From assembly GCA_964451165.1 (NCBI GenBank), contig CAYVGJ010000001.1, positions 47,071-111,070 of the forward strand: a stretch of DNA of 64,000 nt, read 5' to 3'. Shown one piece after another: positions 25,646 through 35,249 of this stretch. The DNA is from an uncultured bacterium. GTDB taxonomy: Bacteria > Auribacterota > Auribacteria > Auribacterales > Auribacteraceae. The stretch's first letter is position 1. The number at the start of each line of letters is the position of its first letter. The notes beneath the pieces were generated by a model. That model did not search any database. It saw only the letters and a list, made by a program, of their open reading frames with translations, and had not been told where the DNA came from. The position numbers and the translations under genes are program-made.

Positions 25646-26311
25646 TCAACCCTCTCTTTTTTTGTTAGAACAACTGTTTTTGAGAGGAACAGAAGGTTTC
25701 ATGACGGGTTTATTGTGAATCAGGTATTTTTCCAACATAAGGCATGCTTTGTTAATGGCTTTTGCTCTATGGCTTATTTTGTTTTTTATATCAAGGTTAA
25801 GTTCCGCGAATGTAAGGTTATAATCGCGCGCGATAAACAACGGGTCATAACCGAATCCCGAAGTGCCGCGTGGATTTTCGCAAATATATCCTTCACAATT
25901 GGATGAGACAGTACCGATCAGTTCATCCGGCAGAGATATGGCTATCGCACAGACAAACCGGGCCTCTCTTTGACCGGAAGAAACGTTTGCCATTAAATCG
26001 AGCAGTTTCTGGTTATTCATATAATCGGTAGCGTTTTCTCCGGCGAATCTGGCGGAATAAATACCTGGTTGTCCGTTAAGAAAATCAACTTCAAGTCCGG
26101 AATCGTCACCCATAGCCATTTTACTGGTATATTTCGCTACAGTTTGAGCCTTAATAATCGCGTTTTCCTCAAAAGATGAACCGTTTTCAATTATTTGTGG
26201 AATATCGGGATAATCCTCAAGACCGATAATATTGAGATTAAGAGGGCTCAGAATCGCTTTTATTTCTTTTATTTTACCCTTGTTTTTTGTGGCTATTACT
26301 ATATCCGTCAT
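25646..26311 (-). CDS. rdgB: Non-canonical purine NTP pyrophosphatase (RdgB/HAM1)
   Basis: ATKNKGK, ENA..KA, DDSGLEV, PGIYSAR, FGYDP, KNKISHR. Confidence 0.95.
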   Translation of the reverse strand: MTDIVIATKNKGKIKEIKAILSPLNLNIIGLEDYPDIPQIIENGSSFEENAIIKAQTVAKYTSKMAMGDDSGLEVDFLNGQPGIYSARFAGENATDYMNNQKLLDLMANVSSGQREARFVCAIAISLPDELIGTVSSNCEGYICENPRGTSGFGYDPLFIARDYNLTFAELNLDIKNKISHRAKAINKACLMLEKYLIHNKPVMKPSVPLKNSCSNKKREG

Positions 26312-27054
26312 TATTTTACCTCAAAGTGAACATTGGCTTGAGTCAGTGCTTTTGCCTGAATATCCAATAAAAGTTTGATACCGGAATGAGCCAAATCGAT
26401 CAACTCAAAGCATTTTTTTTTGGAGAACGGTTTTCCTTCGGCCGTACCTTGTATTTCTATCAGCTTACCTGATTCTGTCATTACCACATTCATATCTACT
26501 TCCGCTTTGGAATCTTCTGCAAAATCAAGATCCAGAACCAGTTCGCCGTCAACCATACCGACGCTTACTGCCGCGAGCCGTTCTTTTATAGGATTCGATT
26601 TTATTTTGCCTTCTTTGATAAGTTTATCCACGGCAATCATAAGAGCGGTGAACCCTCCGGTGATGGATGCCGTGCGTGTACCTCCGTCAGCCTGAAGGAC
26701 ATCACAGTCGATCCAGATAGTTCTTTCGCCGAGACTCTCTAAATCAAACACTGACCGAAACGATCTGCCGATCAGACGTTGTATTTCCTGTGTTCGCCCG
26801 CCAATTTTACCGGAGGACGATTCTCTTTGTCTGCGGTCTCCGCCGGCGTATGGCATCATTGAATACTCGGATGTTACCCATCCTTGATTTTCGCCTTTCA
26901 TCCATTTCGGTACATTCTCATCAATAGATACACAGCATAGTACTTTTGTTCGCCCATATTCTATAAGTACCGATCCGATGGGTGAATCGAGATAATTTGT
27001 GATTATGTTTATATTTCTTAGTTGATCATGAGTTCTAATGCCGGATCTTGCCAT
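26311..27054 (-). CDS. rph: Ribonuclease PH
   Basis: GWVTSEYSMMP, GGRTQEIQRLIGR, DCDVLQADGGTRTASITG, EIQGTAEG. Confidence 0.96.
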   Translation of the reverse strand: MARSGIRTHDQLRNINIITNYLDSPIGSVLIEYGRTKVLCCVSIDENVPKWMKGENQGWVTSEYSMMPYAGGDRRQRESSSGKIGGRTQEIQRLIGRSFRSVFDLESLGERTIWIDCDVLQADGGTRTASITGGFTALMIAVDKLIKEGKIKSNPIKERLAAVSVGMVDGELVLDLDFAEDSKAEVDMNVVMTESGKLIEIQGTAEGKPFSKKKCFELIDLAHSGIKLLLDIQAKALTQANVHFEVK

Positions 27055-27109
27055 TGAAAAATCCTTTTTCTGAAGGAAGTTTAAGGAAAAAAAGTGTCAT
27101 TCTTTTCTT

Positions 27110-27138
27110 AATTTATCAGTAATTAACATTACAGTCAA
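27110..27138 (-). promoter_or_regulatory. Putative sigma-70 promoter for the rph-rdgB-rnhC operon
   Basis: Minus strand TTGACT (27138-27133), 17 bp, TAAATT (27115-27110). Confidence 0.4.
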
Positions 27139-27326
27139 CAAAAACTGAAATCAAATGGCGGGTTATTTTATTGATCGGATAATAAATTTTTGAATCATGA
27201 TGTTAATCTATATAAAAAATTTTTTACAAATAAAGTAAAAAAGTCTGTTAAAAATGGTTTCTATCGACAGTTGATAAAAGGAAAACGAATAAAAATAGAA
27301 AACATATAATGATAATAATGTATTTG

Positions 27327-28688
27327 CTAATTCGAGGATAAAACGGCTACGACCTGTTTTTTCCGTTTTTCGGTATAGTATTCGCGGATATCGGATTCCA
27401 ATTCGTTATATGTAATCAGAGCCGAGTCTTTCAGTACAGGTTCTCCTTTGTTGCCTTTAGCAAGACTGGTAAGAATATCTTTTATGATATCTTTTCCGTA
27501 TTCCTCGATCAGGTATTCGACGGCGACATACGATTGAACGTAGGCGAGTTTGCGGTCGTACACATCAAACACATTGGCTTCGATGGAGTCCATGCGGCTG
27601 AATTTTATCAGTGATTTTCTGTTTAACGCAAGGTCAAACATTTTTGCGCGCAGACTGTCCCATTCGCCGGCGACATATTGCGCGAGGCCTTCGTTAAGCC
27701 AGAATGGAATGTTGGATCGTGTTTTGCACATAAGTGCATGATGAGTATACTCATGAGCGGCTGTTCTGGCTATTGTATCTTTGTTGCCGGATGTTACTAA
27801 GAGCCGGATTTTACCGTCATATAAACCTATTACATAGTTGCCGCTGTTGGTTATTTTATAAAAAACGTCTTCCGGGTACAGGTATACGCTTATTTCCGAC
27901 TGTGGATTAAAATTCCACCACATGCCAAGTTTTAAATACGTATCCGCAAGTCCTTTAGCGACAAGATTGGCGTGTTCACGGTACATTTTTCCCGGATAAA
28001 ATATGACGAATGGATGGCATATTTCTCTTTTATAATTGCTGTATACTTCTTTTTCCGCTTTAGCTTGTTTTGCGTTTGTGTCTGCCGGAATATTATATTT
28101 CTTGGATAACGTATCATAGTTTTCAATCGCCTCATTATAGTCTTCCATAAGACAATTTAAGTAAGCGAGAAACTTAAGTACGTACGGATCGTTGGGTTTT
28201 AATATAAGGGCGATTCGCGCTTCTTTTTCCGCCGATAGAAGATCTCCGTCGTCATAGTATAGTTTTGCTAACAGAATATGTAGCGAATCAAGATCGGAGT
28301 TTAAGTCGACCGCTTGTTCAAGAACTTTTATTGCTTTATCGCGTTGCCCTTTGCTTTTTAACTCGATGGCAAGTTCCATATATGCATTAGCAAGGTTACG
28401 CTTTATAATTTTTTGATCCGGGGCGAGTTTAAGAGCGTTTTGAAAGTATTCGATTGATCTGGCGTAATCTTTCTGGCTGGAAAAACGGATTCCCTCTTCG
28501 TTCATGATTTGCACTTTTTGCCATATCCCATGATTAATCGATGTTCTGGAAAGTGTCCAGACAGGAATTAAAAAAGGAAGAGAAAACAAAATGGTTATGA
28601 ACAGCTTTTCCTTTAAACTGGTCAAAAAATTACGAATTATGGTATAATATATTTTTTCATTCATATTACAATTTATCGGCTTTTGCAT
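27327..28688 (-). CDS. TPR + peptidase MA-like (gluzincin) protein; start codon uncertain
   Basis: N-terminal TM segment, TPRs, AAHEYTH (HExxH) followed by WLNEGLAQY and AYVQSY. Confidence 0.8.
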   Translation of the reverse strand: MQKPINCNMNEKIYYTIIRNFLTSLKEKLFITILFSLPFLIPVWTLSRTSINHGIWQKVQIMNEEGIRFSSQKDYARSIEYFQNALKLAPDQKIIKRNLANAYMELAIELKSKGQRDKAIKVLEQAVDLNSDLDSLHILLAKLYYDDGDLLSAEKEARIALILKPNDPYVLKFLAYLNCLMEDYNEAIENYDTLSKKYNIPADTNAKQAKAEKEVYSNYKREICHPFVIFYPGKMYREHANLVAKGLADTYLKLGMWWNFNPQSEISVYLYPEDVFYKITNSGNYVIGLYDGKIRLLVTSGNKDTIARTAAHEYTHHALMCKTRSNIPFWLNEGLAQYVAGEWDSLRAKMFDLALNRKSLIKFSRMDSIEANVFDVYDRKLAYVQSYVAVEYLIEEYGKDIIKDILTSLAKGNKGEPVLKDSALITYNELESDIREYYTEKRKKQVVAVLSSN

Positions 28689-28715
28689 ATTTCATTTTAA
28701 GGAATTTATAATTTC

Positions 28716-31700
28716 ATGAACTTTAAAGCTCAATCCATATCCGCAATACTTAAGGTATTGCGTACAAAATTGATGTTCAGTCTCGCCTCTGAATCGGCGA
28801 GGTTAATTTTATTGTATCCGGTATTTGTAATATTTGCGGTATTGCCTTTATGCAGTTTGTTCGGGTTGGGAGATTTGTTTATCGTATGGGGTTGCGTTAT
28901 TTGTATTGGATTTTTGGTTTACGCGCAAATAAGCTTTGTTTTTTTGAATTTATCGAAGATTATTTCCTTGCGAGCCACCGCTCGTTGGATTGAATCAGTA
29001 TATCCTTTTTATCATGGAGATTTGATATCGTCTTTCGAGTTTGAGAACAAACCGGATCTCTTTATTGATCTTGGATTTTCAGAACAACTTATCCGGGCTC
29101 ATATTGATAAGGTAAGAGAAACCGTGGATATAAAAACGATTCTGAACTCAGGTTCATTTTATCCGCGCCCGCAACCGGGCAGATTTTTGATATATTTTAC
29201 TGCCGTTCTTGTACTGCCTATGATTGTATTCCCGGATTTTTACGCGGATACGTATTACGGATTATACAGCAAATATTTCGATCCGGTAAAACCTGTACCG
29301 GAGACGCTTGTTGTAAGGCCTGGAGATACCAAAACGGTTTTTGGTTCCACAGTTGATATAAAAGCGGTGATCTTTTCTCAGGCAACTGATGTTGCTAATA
29401 TTTATGTTCGCGGGCAAAATCAGCAATGGGATAAATTCTTGATGAAAAAGGTATCGTCCACATTATATTCCTATTCCATGAAAGATATTAAAGAGAACCG
29501 CCAGTATTATGTACAGTTTGGTTCCATGAAATCTCCGGTATACGAAATTGACGCGATAACACTTCCTATTATATTGCGCCATAGAATTACTTACAGTTAC
29601 CCCGATTATACCGGATTTAGATCACAATCTGAGATACGACAGCAGTTTGACGATATTACCGCCATAAAAGGTACGAAAATAAAATTTGAGATTTTTACCA
29701 ACAACAATATTTCCAGCGCGTTTTTTATTAAAGGGAAACAAAGTGTCCCTTTTGTTCCAAAAACTTCAGATAGTGGTTATGTCGAACTGAAACTGGATGC
29801 GGAATCACCATACAATATAAAAGTTCTGGATAGTTTAGGGCAGGAGAATGAACCGTTAAAATCTTTTAATCTGATACCAATTGAAGATAAACCTCCTTCA
29901 ATTTCAATAATAAGCCCTTCGCAGTACAGTGAGATACCTTCCCAAATGGAAGCGGCTATAATGTATAATGCGTCAGATGATATATCGCTTAAAAAAGCAA
30001 TACTTATTTTTAATGTGTCTTCTGGAGAAGAAAAATCAATTATTATTGAATCCAATATAAATAAGAAAACTGTGGAAAACACATACCGCTGGGATTTAAC
30101 GTCACTTCAGCTTGTACCGGGTGATGAGATTAATTACAAAATACGCGTTTACGATAATTGCGCTCCGCCGGATGGTCCGCATTGGGCACAATCAAAAACA
30201 CAGGTGATGACGTTTCCTTCCATGGCTGAGATATATAAACGGAAAACGGAAGTTTTCGATAAACCTCAGCAAAACCTTGAATCATTGAAGGAGTCGCATG
30301 ATTTGTTGATATCGAAAATAAAAAAAATGGAAGAAAAACTCAGTTATGCCGGACAACTATCCTGGGCAGACAAAAAATCAATTCAGGAAGCAATATCGCA
30401 ACAGCTCAATACACAGCAGTCTATCGACAATACAGCGCAGCAACTTAAAAAAGATATCATTGATAACAATATATCCACTCAGATATTGAAGAATTATACG
30501 GAACTACAATCGATAATGGAATCGCTTATGAGCGAACAGATGAAACAAACGTTACGCGATATTCAGCGTATGCTTGAGCAAACCACATCGTTCCAGCAGA
30601 TGAAAAACAAGCTGGAGATATCCGCTAAAGATATGGAAAAATATAATGAGAATCTCCAGAGAATGTTAAATCTGTTTAAAAAGTTGTCTTTGCACAATAA
30701 ATTAACAGAGTTGCTGGAAGCTACCCGCCAGGCAATTTCTGAACAGGAGAAACTTAACAAGAATTTCAGCGCTTGGCAAAAATCAAAAGAAATATCGCAT
30801 GATCAGGTAAATAAAGAGCTGAATGAGATTGACAAATTTTTAAAATATATGGAAGATTCGCAAAAAACTCTTGCTTCATCCGATCCCGCAGACAATGAAC
30901 TTCGTGATCAGGTGAAATTACTGGAACAGACATATGAAACCGACCGAATGAAAGATCTGCTTGGCATGATGAAACAAAATTTATCTGAAAACAATCCGCA
31001 ATCGGCAGGCGAATCTGGAAACAGGATGCGATCAGCGATGATAAATTACGAAAAGGTTCTGAAGGCGTTGCTGGATAAGTATAAATCGGATAAGATCAAC
31101 ATAAATCAGATTGTAGATATCATTAACCGAATAGAGCGTTTATCCCGTGAAATGGAACAGTTGATTATATCAATGGATACTAATCCGGGAAAAAACACGG
31201 AAAAAAACATCGACCATGCCAGATATATGAATTATATCGAGCGTGAACTTAATCGAACAGGGACTGAGGCAAAAAATCTTGGTAAACAAAGCACCATAAT
31301 AAATTCGGCGTATTACGATCCATTGTTTGATATATCGCAGACCATGGAGAGACAAAACGAGAACGTATTCAAAAGAGGCGATCCGACAGCTTCGCTGATG
31401 ATCAAAAACGAACTTGCTAATACCCGTTTGGTGGCGATCAAGTGGATATTGCTTCTCGAATCGATAAACCGCCAGGGACAACAAGGAGGAAGCGGAAACA
31501 GTGATATGCCTGCAAATATGGATGAATTTTTCGATCAGTTGAAGAAAATGGCTGAAAAGCAATCTTCAATAAACGATAAGACATCCGGTGTTCCGAATAT
31601 GATGCCGGGCTCAAATCCGATGAGCATGCAGAATTATTTAAGCCAGCTTGCCGCTGAACAAAAGATGTTGTCGCAGGCATTAAGCAAACTAAACAAAGCG

Positions 31701-32060
31701 TATCCTGATGCATCAAAACATGTACTTGGTGATTTGAACAATATGGCGGCAGAGATGGAAAAAGCGGCTCAATCGATTAAAAAAGGCGATATTTCATCTG
31801 AACTGATTAATCGGCAGAAGAAGATTCTCACAAGATTGCTTGAATCTGAAAAATCTGTTAAAACCCGGGAAAAAAGTGATAAGAGAGAATCAAAGGAAGG
31901 TAAATTGAATAAGGTTGCGGTATCTCCCGGGGAACTGGATAAAAAACTTTATAAAGTTAAGGAAGATAAAATCAAAAAAGATGGGGTGAAATCGTATATT
32001 CCTCCTGAATATAGAGATATTGTGGATAAATATTTTCAGTATTTAATAGAGGCAAAATAA
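28716..32060 (+). CDS. Large membrane-anchored coiled-coil protein, DUF4175-like
   Basis: N-terminal TMs, LISSFEF, Ig-like region (YPDYT, EDKPPSI, WDLTSLQLVPGDEINY), long Q/E/K coiled coil, C-terminal IPPEYRDIVDKYF. Confidence 0.75.
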   Translation: MNFKAQSISAILKVLRTKLMFSLASESARLILLYPVFVIFAVLPLCSLFGLGDLFIVWGCVICIGFLVYAQISFVFLNLSKIISLRATARWIESVYPFYHGDLISSFEFENKPDLFIDLGFSEQLIRAHIDKVRETVDIKTILNSGSFYPRPQPGRFLIYFTAVLVLPMIVFPDFYADTYYGLYSKYFDPVKPVPETLVVRPGDTKTVFGSTVDIKAVIFSQATDVANIYVRGQNQQWDKFLMKKVSSTLYSYSMKDIKENRQYYVQFGSMKSPVYEIDAITLPIILRHRITYSYPDYTGFRSQSEIRQQFDDITAIKGTKIKFEIFTNNNISSAFFIKGKQSVPFVPKTSDSGYVELKLDAESPYNIKVLDSLGQENEPLKSFNLIPIEDKPPSISIISPSQYSEIPSQMEAAIMYNASDDISLKKAILIFNVSSGEEKSIIIESNINKKTVENTYRWDLTSLQLVPGDEINYKIRVYDNCAPPDGPHWAQSKTQVMTFPSMAEIYKRKTEVFDKPQQNLESLKESHDLLISKIKKMEEKLSYAGQLSWADKKSIQEAISQQLNTQQSIDNTAQQLKKDIIDNNISTQILKNYTELQSIMESLMSEQMKQTLRDIQRMLEQTTSFQQMKNKLEISAKDMEKYNENLQRMLNLFKKLSLHNKLTELLEATRQAISEQEKLNKNFSAWQKSKEISHDQVNKELNEIDKFLKYMEDSQKTLASSDPADNELRDQVKLLEQTYETDRMKDLLGMMKQNLSENNPQSAGESGNRMRSAMINYEKVLKALLDKYKSDKININQIVDIINRIERLSREMEQLIISMDTNPGKNTEKNIDHARYMNYIERELNRTGTEAKNLGKQSTIINSAYYDPLFDISQTMERQNENVFKRGDPTASLMIKNELANTRLVAIKWILLLESINRQGQQGGSGNSDMPANMDEFFDQLKKMAEKQSSINDKTSGVPNMMPGSNPMSMQNYLSQLAAEQKMLSQALSKLNKAYPDASKHVLGDLNNMAAEMEKAAQSIKKGDISSELINRQKKILTRLLESEKSVKTREKSDKRESKEGKLNKVAVSPGELDKKLYKVKEDKIKKDGVKSYIPPEYRDIVDKYFQYLIEAK

Positions 32061-32498
32061 TCAATAAGAAGCGGTAATCGCGATTACCAGAGATCCGCCT
32101 TTAAACTTGTTTCCTCCGACAATCACGGTACCGTGATTTGAAATCTTAAAATTGGTGTTGAGGCCTGCCTTTTTTATTGCCACGTAAAGTTTGATATAAG
32201 GTTCGTCAACGGTAAGAAGAACGACTCTCAGCACATCACCATCGGGCAGATTAAAAAATAGCTCATCTTTAGGTACACCTGTTTTGGAATCCTGCATTAG
32301 AAATTGATATGATGTATAATTCAGCCGTACTAATTGAGAACTCAAATCAGATAACTGGGGGTCGATACCGCCTCTTTCATTGGATGCCTTAATTACTTTA
32401 ATGCCGATGTTGACTTCTTTAGAAAAATTGGATTGGGCAACAACCAGTCCTGAACTTAAAAATAAAAAAGCCAGAATCAATATAAATCTTTTTACCAT
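32061..32498 (-). CDS. Hypothetical exported protein, third gene of the ECF sigma operon
   Basis: Signal peptide (MVKRFILILAFLFLSSGLVVA); start moved to the ATG at 32498, 8 nt after GGAG. Confidence 0.7.
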   Translation of the reverse strand: MVKRFILILAFLFLSSGLVVAQSNFSKEVNIGIKVIKASNERGGIDPQLSDLSSQLVRLNYTSYQFLMQDSKTGVPKDELFFNLPDGDVLRVVLLTVDEPYIKLYVAIKKAGLNTNFKISNHGTVIVGGNKFKGGSLVIAITASY

Positions 32499-32515
32499 TA
32501 AGCTGTCTCCATGCC

Positions 32516-33028
32516 TCATGTATTGCTGACGGAGTTTTCGTCGGAAAACATCCAGATTATAGTTGTATTAGTTGATTTGTCTTTGTAAACCATCACAGGA
32601 GCTTTTTTAGATTCCACCCATGTTACGATGCACTGGTTCTGATTGAGTTTGGTTATTGCATAATAAGCGTAAAAACCTGCCAGAAGAATCAGACATGCCG
32701 CAACTGCTGATGAAATCCATAGCGCAAATTTTTTCTTACCGAAGGAGCCTGGTAACTCTATCAATTCGGATTCATTGTCGTTTAATTGTGCTTCAATGTT
32801 TGCCCATAATGAATCCTGATGAGAGTTCTTCCTTACTCTTCCGTATAAATCCTGCGTATACCCCTGGATCTGTTTAAGATCGTTCAGGTATTCTCTGCAA
32901 CTCATACAACTTTCCAGATGAAGCTCAACATCCGCTTTTTCGCGTGAATTCAGCTCATTGTCCAGATACGCGCTGAGTTTCTCTATATAATACTTACAGT
33001 TCACCGCCATTTCGGCTTCTCCCATCAT
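32516..33028 (-). CDS. Anti-sigma factor with zf-HC2 zinc finger and a single TM
   Basis: LSAYLDNEL..., HLESCMSC (HxxxCxxC), TM segment. Confidence 0.88.
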   Translation of the reverse strand: MMGEAEMAVNCKYYIEKLSAYLDNELNSREKADVELHLESCMSCREYLNDLKQIQGYTQDLYGRVRKNSHQDSLWANIEAQLNDNESELIELPGSFGKKKFALWISSAVAACLILLAGFYAYYAITKLNQNQCIVTWVESKKAPVMVYKDKSTNTTIIWMFSDENSVSNT

Positions 33029-33043
33029 TCATTTGACTGGATC

Positions 33044-33664
33044 TCATAAATAAGGTTTAAGGTACAACCTTATTTTATCTCTTGCGTAATATAACCTCGA
33101 CATCACCGTCCCTACGGAACATTTCATAATATCCGCGATTTCCTGATACGACAAATCTTCCATTTCACGCAGTATAAATGTTTTTTTCTGTTCTTCTGAT
33201 AAATTTTCTATGGCTTCCTGCAATTTGCCGTATATTTCTTTATCGTATATATATTTATCAGGCAACGCCTGTTTAGAATCAGCTAAAGGTAATTCTGTTT
33301 TTACATTTATGTCGTCGTTATATTCCATCGCCTGTTTTCTTTTTATTTTCCTGTTATAGTCTATCGCCATATTCACTGTTATGCGGTAAAGCCATGTATA
33401 AAATCTTGAATTTCCTTGAAAATTATCCAGCGATTTATATACTTTCACAAACACATCTTGTGATATATCCTTGGCGTCGTCTTCATTGTGAACAATGCCG
33501 TATGCCACAGATATAACCCTGGTCTGATACCGTTCCACAATTATTTTAAAGGCTTCCAAATCCGATTTTTTAGCTTTCTCTATAAGCGTTTCGTCTGAAT
33601 ATTCAGTATAATCGGCATCATTCACAGCTATATTTACTCCACCACAGATTATTGACGTATCCAT
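33044..33664 (-). CDS. ECF-family RNA polymerase sigma-70 factor (RpoE-like)
   Basis: DAKDISQDVF, FYTWLYRITVN, LSYQEIA..MKCSVGTVMSRL. Confidence 0.92.
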   Translation of the reverse strand: MDTSIICGGVNIAVNDADYTEYSDETLIEKAKKSDLEAFKIIVERYQTRVISVAYGIVHNEDDAKDISQDVFVKVYKSLDNFQGNSRFYTWLYRITVNMAIDYNRKIKRKQAMEYNDDINVKTELPLADSKQALPDKYIYDKEIYGKLQEAIENLSEEQKKTFILREMEDLSYQEIADIMKCSVGTVMSRLYYARDKIRLYLKPYL

Positions 33665-33741
33665 CAGATAAAATATTCGAATTATTTTCGGTTATAATTA
33701 AAGGATATATGAAATAAAGGTACCATAAAATCAACAAAAAT

Positions 33742-34518
33742 CTAAACTACTTTTTTTAAAGAATTTATCAAATGAAAATATCGGATTATGGTTTTCAATA
33801 TTTTCATTTTGGACGCGCCTGTTTTTAAATCATATCTGAGAACCATAGGCACTTCGTCGGCATTGCTGGCAAACGGGTGCACTTTTATAAGAAGTTCAGC
33901 CATGCAAGTAAATCCGTTTTCGCAAATAAGTTTTTCGCCATAAATATTGTATGCTTGTTTTAAAAGAGTTCCTTTATATGCTCTATACCCGCAGGTGTAA
34001 TCTCTTACTCCTTTACAATTGAAAAACAAAGACAGCAGACCGCTGGCACCGCGGCTAAGTATTTTTCTATGAAGTTTGAGTCCTTTCTCATCACCTCCGC
34101 CACAATAACGGGAAGCGATAACGATTTCGTTACCTTCCTCAATTTTCTCTATCATATCGGGCATATATTCAGGATTATGAGTATTATCCGCATCCATAGT
34201 GAAGATTATATCATTGTCGTTAGCCGTTTTAGTGAGATAATAGATACCTGTTCGCATTGCCTGACCGAGCCCCATATTTTTTTCATGAGGTATAATTTTT
34301 ATCTTAAAATCCGGATGTTGGGAACTGTATCTCTTCACATTGTTTACGGAATTGTCTTTACTGCCGTCATCGACAATAACAACCTCAAACGGATCTTTGA
34401 GAAGTTTTCGTACTCTGTTTACGTTTTCAAGCAGAGCTATTATTGATGTTTCCTCGTTATACATGGGAAGCATCAGGTATAATTGTCGGTTTGCGTTGCT
34501 ATTTTCTCGGTTACTCAT
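33742..34518 (-). CDS. Glycosyltransferase family 2 (polyprenol-phosphate glycosyltransferase-like)
   Basis: PMYNEE, VDDGSKD, MDADNTH, SRY, RDYTCGYRAY. Start placed at 34518 (GAGGA SD); the ORF extends to 34530. Confidence 0.88.
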   Translation of the reverse strand: MSNRENSNANRQLYLMLPMYNEETSIIALLENVNRVRKLLKDPFEVVIVDDGSKDNSVNNVKRYSSQHPDFKIKIIPHEKNMGLGQAMRTGIYYLTKTANDNDIIFTMDADNTHNPEYMPDMIEKIEEGNEIVIASRYCGGGDEKGLKLHRKILSRGASGLLSLFFNCKGVRDYTCGYRAYKGTLLKQAYNIYGEKLICENGFTCMAELLIKVHPFASNADEVPMVLRYDLKTGASKMKILKTIIRYFHLINSLKKVV

Positions 34519-35236
34519 ATTTATCCTCATCTGTGCATGGTTCGTCTGATATATTTCCTTCTAAAACTATAACAATCTCGCCTTTAAGTACAAGTTTTTT
34601 CTTATCGAGCATATCTAAAATCTCGGAAATTTTTCCGCGTACGGTTTGTTCGTGAATTTTTGTGAGTTCGCGGCATATAGATACATTTCTATCGCCGCAA
34701 AATCTAAGTGTATCTTTGAGCAACGATTCGAGTCTTAATGGAGACTCGAAAATTATGGTTGGGTTTAAGTCACCTGCAATTTTTTTCAGGATTTTGTTTC
34801 GTTTGCTACCTTTTCTTGGTATAAATCCGAAAAAAGAGAACCTGTCTGTCCGCATTCCCGATAAAATAATAGCCATAATCGGAGATGACGGGCCCGGTAT
34901 TACTTCTACGATTAAACCACGCTCGATTAAAGTGCGGATAAGTTTTTCGCCCGGATCGGAAATACCCGGCATACCCGCATCGCTTACAAGAGCGATTTGT
35001 TTGCCTGATTCAATTTCCGAAATAACAAAATTAATGCGGGAATCCTCATTTTGCCTGAAATGGCTTATCATTTTTGTTTTGATTTCGTATTTAGAAAAAA
35101 GGTTTTTTGTATGGCGCGTATCTTCGACGAGACAGAAATCCGCTTCCTTAAGAATTCTAATGGCTCTAAGGGTTATATCCTCAAGATTCCCGATAGGAGT
35201 GCCCACAACAAAAAGTTTGCCTTGTCTGGATTCCAT
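34511..35236 (-). CDS. rsmI: 16S rRNA (cytidine1402-2'-O)-methyltransferase
   Basis: VGTPIGNLEDIT.RA, EDTR, VSDAGMPGISDPG, FESP.R, RELTKIHE, KGEIV. Confidence 0.95.
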   Translation of the reverse strand: MESRQGKLFVVGTPIGNLEDITLRAIRILKEADFCLVEDTRHTKNLFSKYEIKTKMISHFRQNEDSRINFVISEIESGKQIALVSDAGMPGISDPGEKLIRTLIERGLIVEVIPGPSSPIMAIILSGMRTDRFSFFGFIPRKGSKRNKILKKIAGDLNPTIIFESPLRLESLLKDTLRFCGDRNVSICRELTKIHEQTVRGKISEILDMLDKKKLVLKGEIVIVLEGNISDEPCTDEDKYE

Positions 35237-35249
35237 ATGATCTCCGAAA

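Noticed and set aside
34662-35240. 192-aa + strand ORF
   Set aside because: Fully antisense to the well-supported rsmI.
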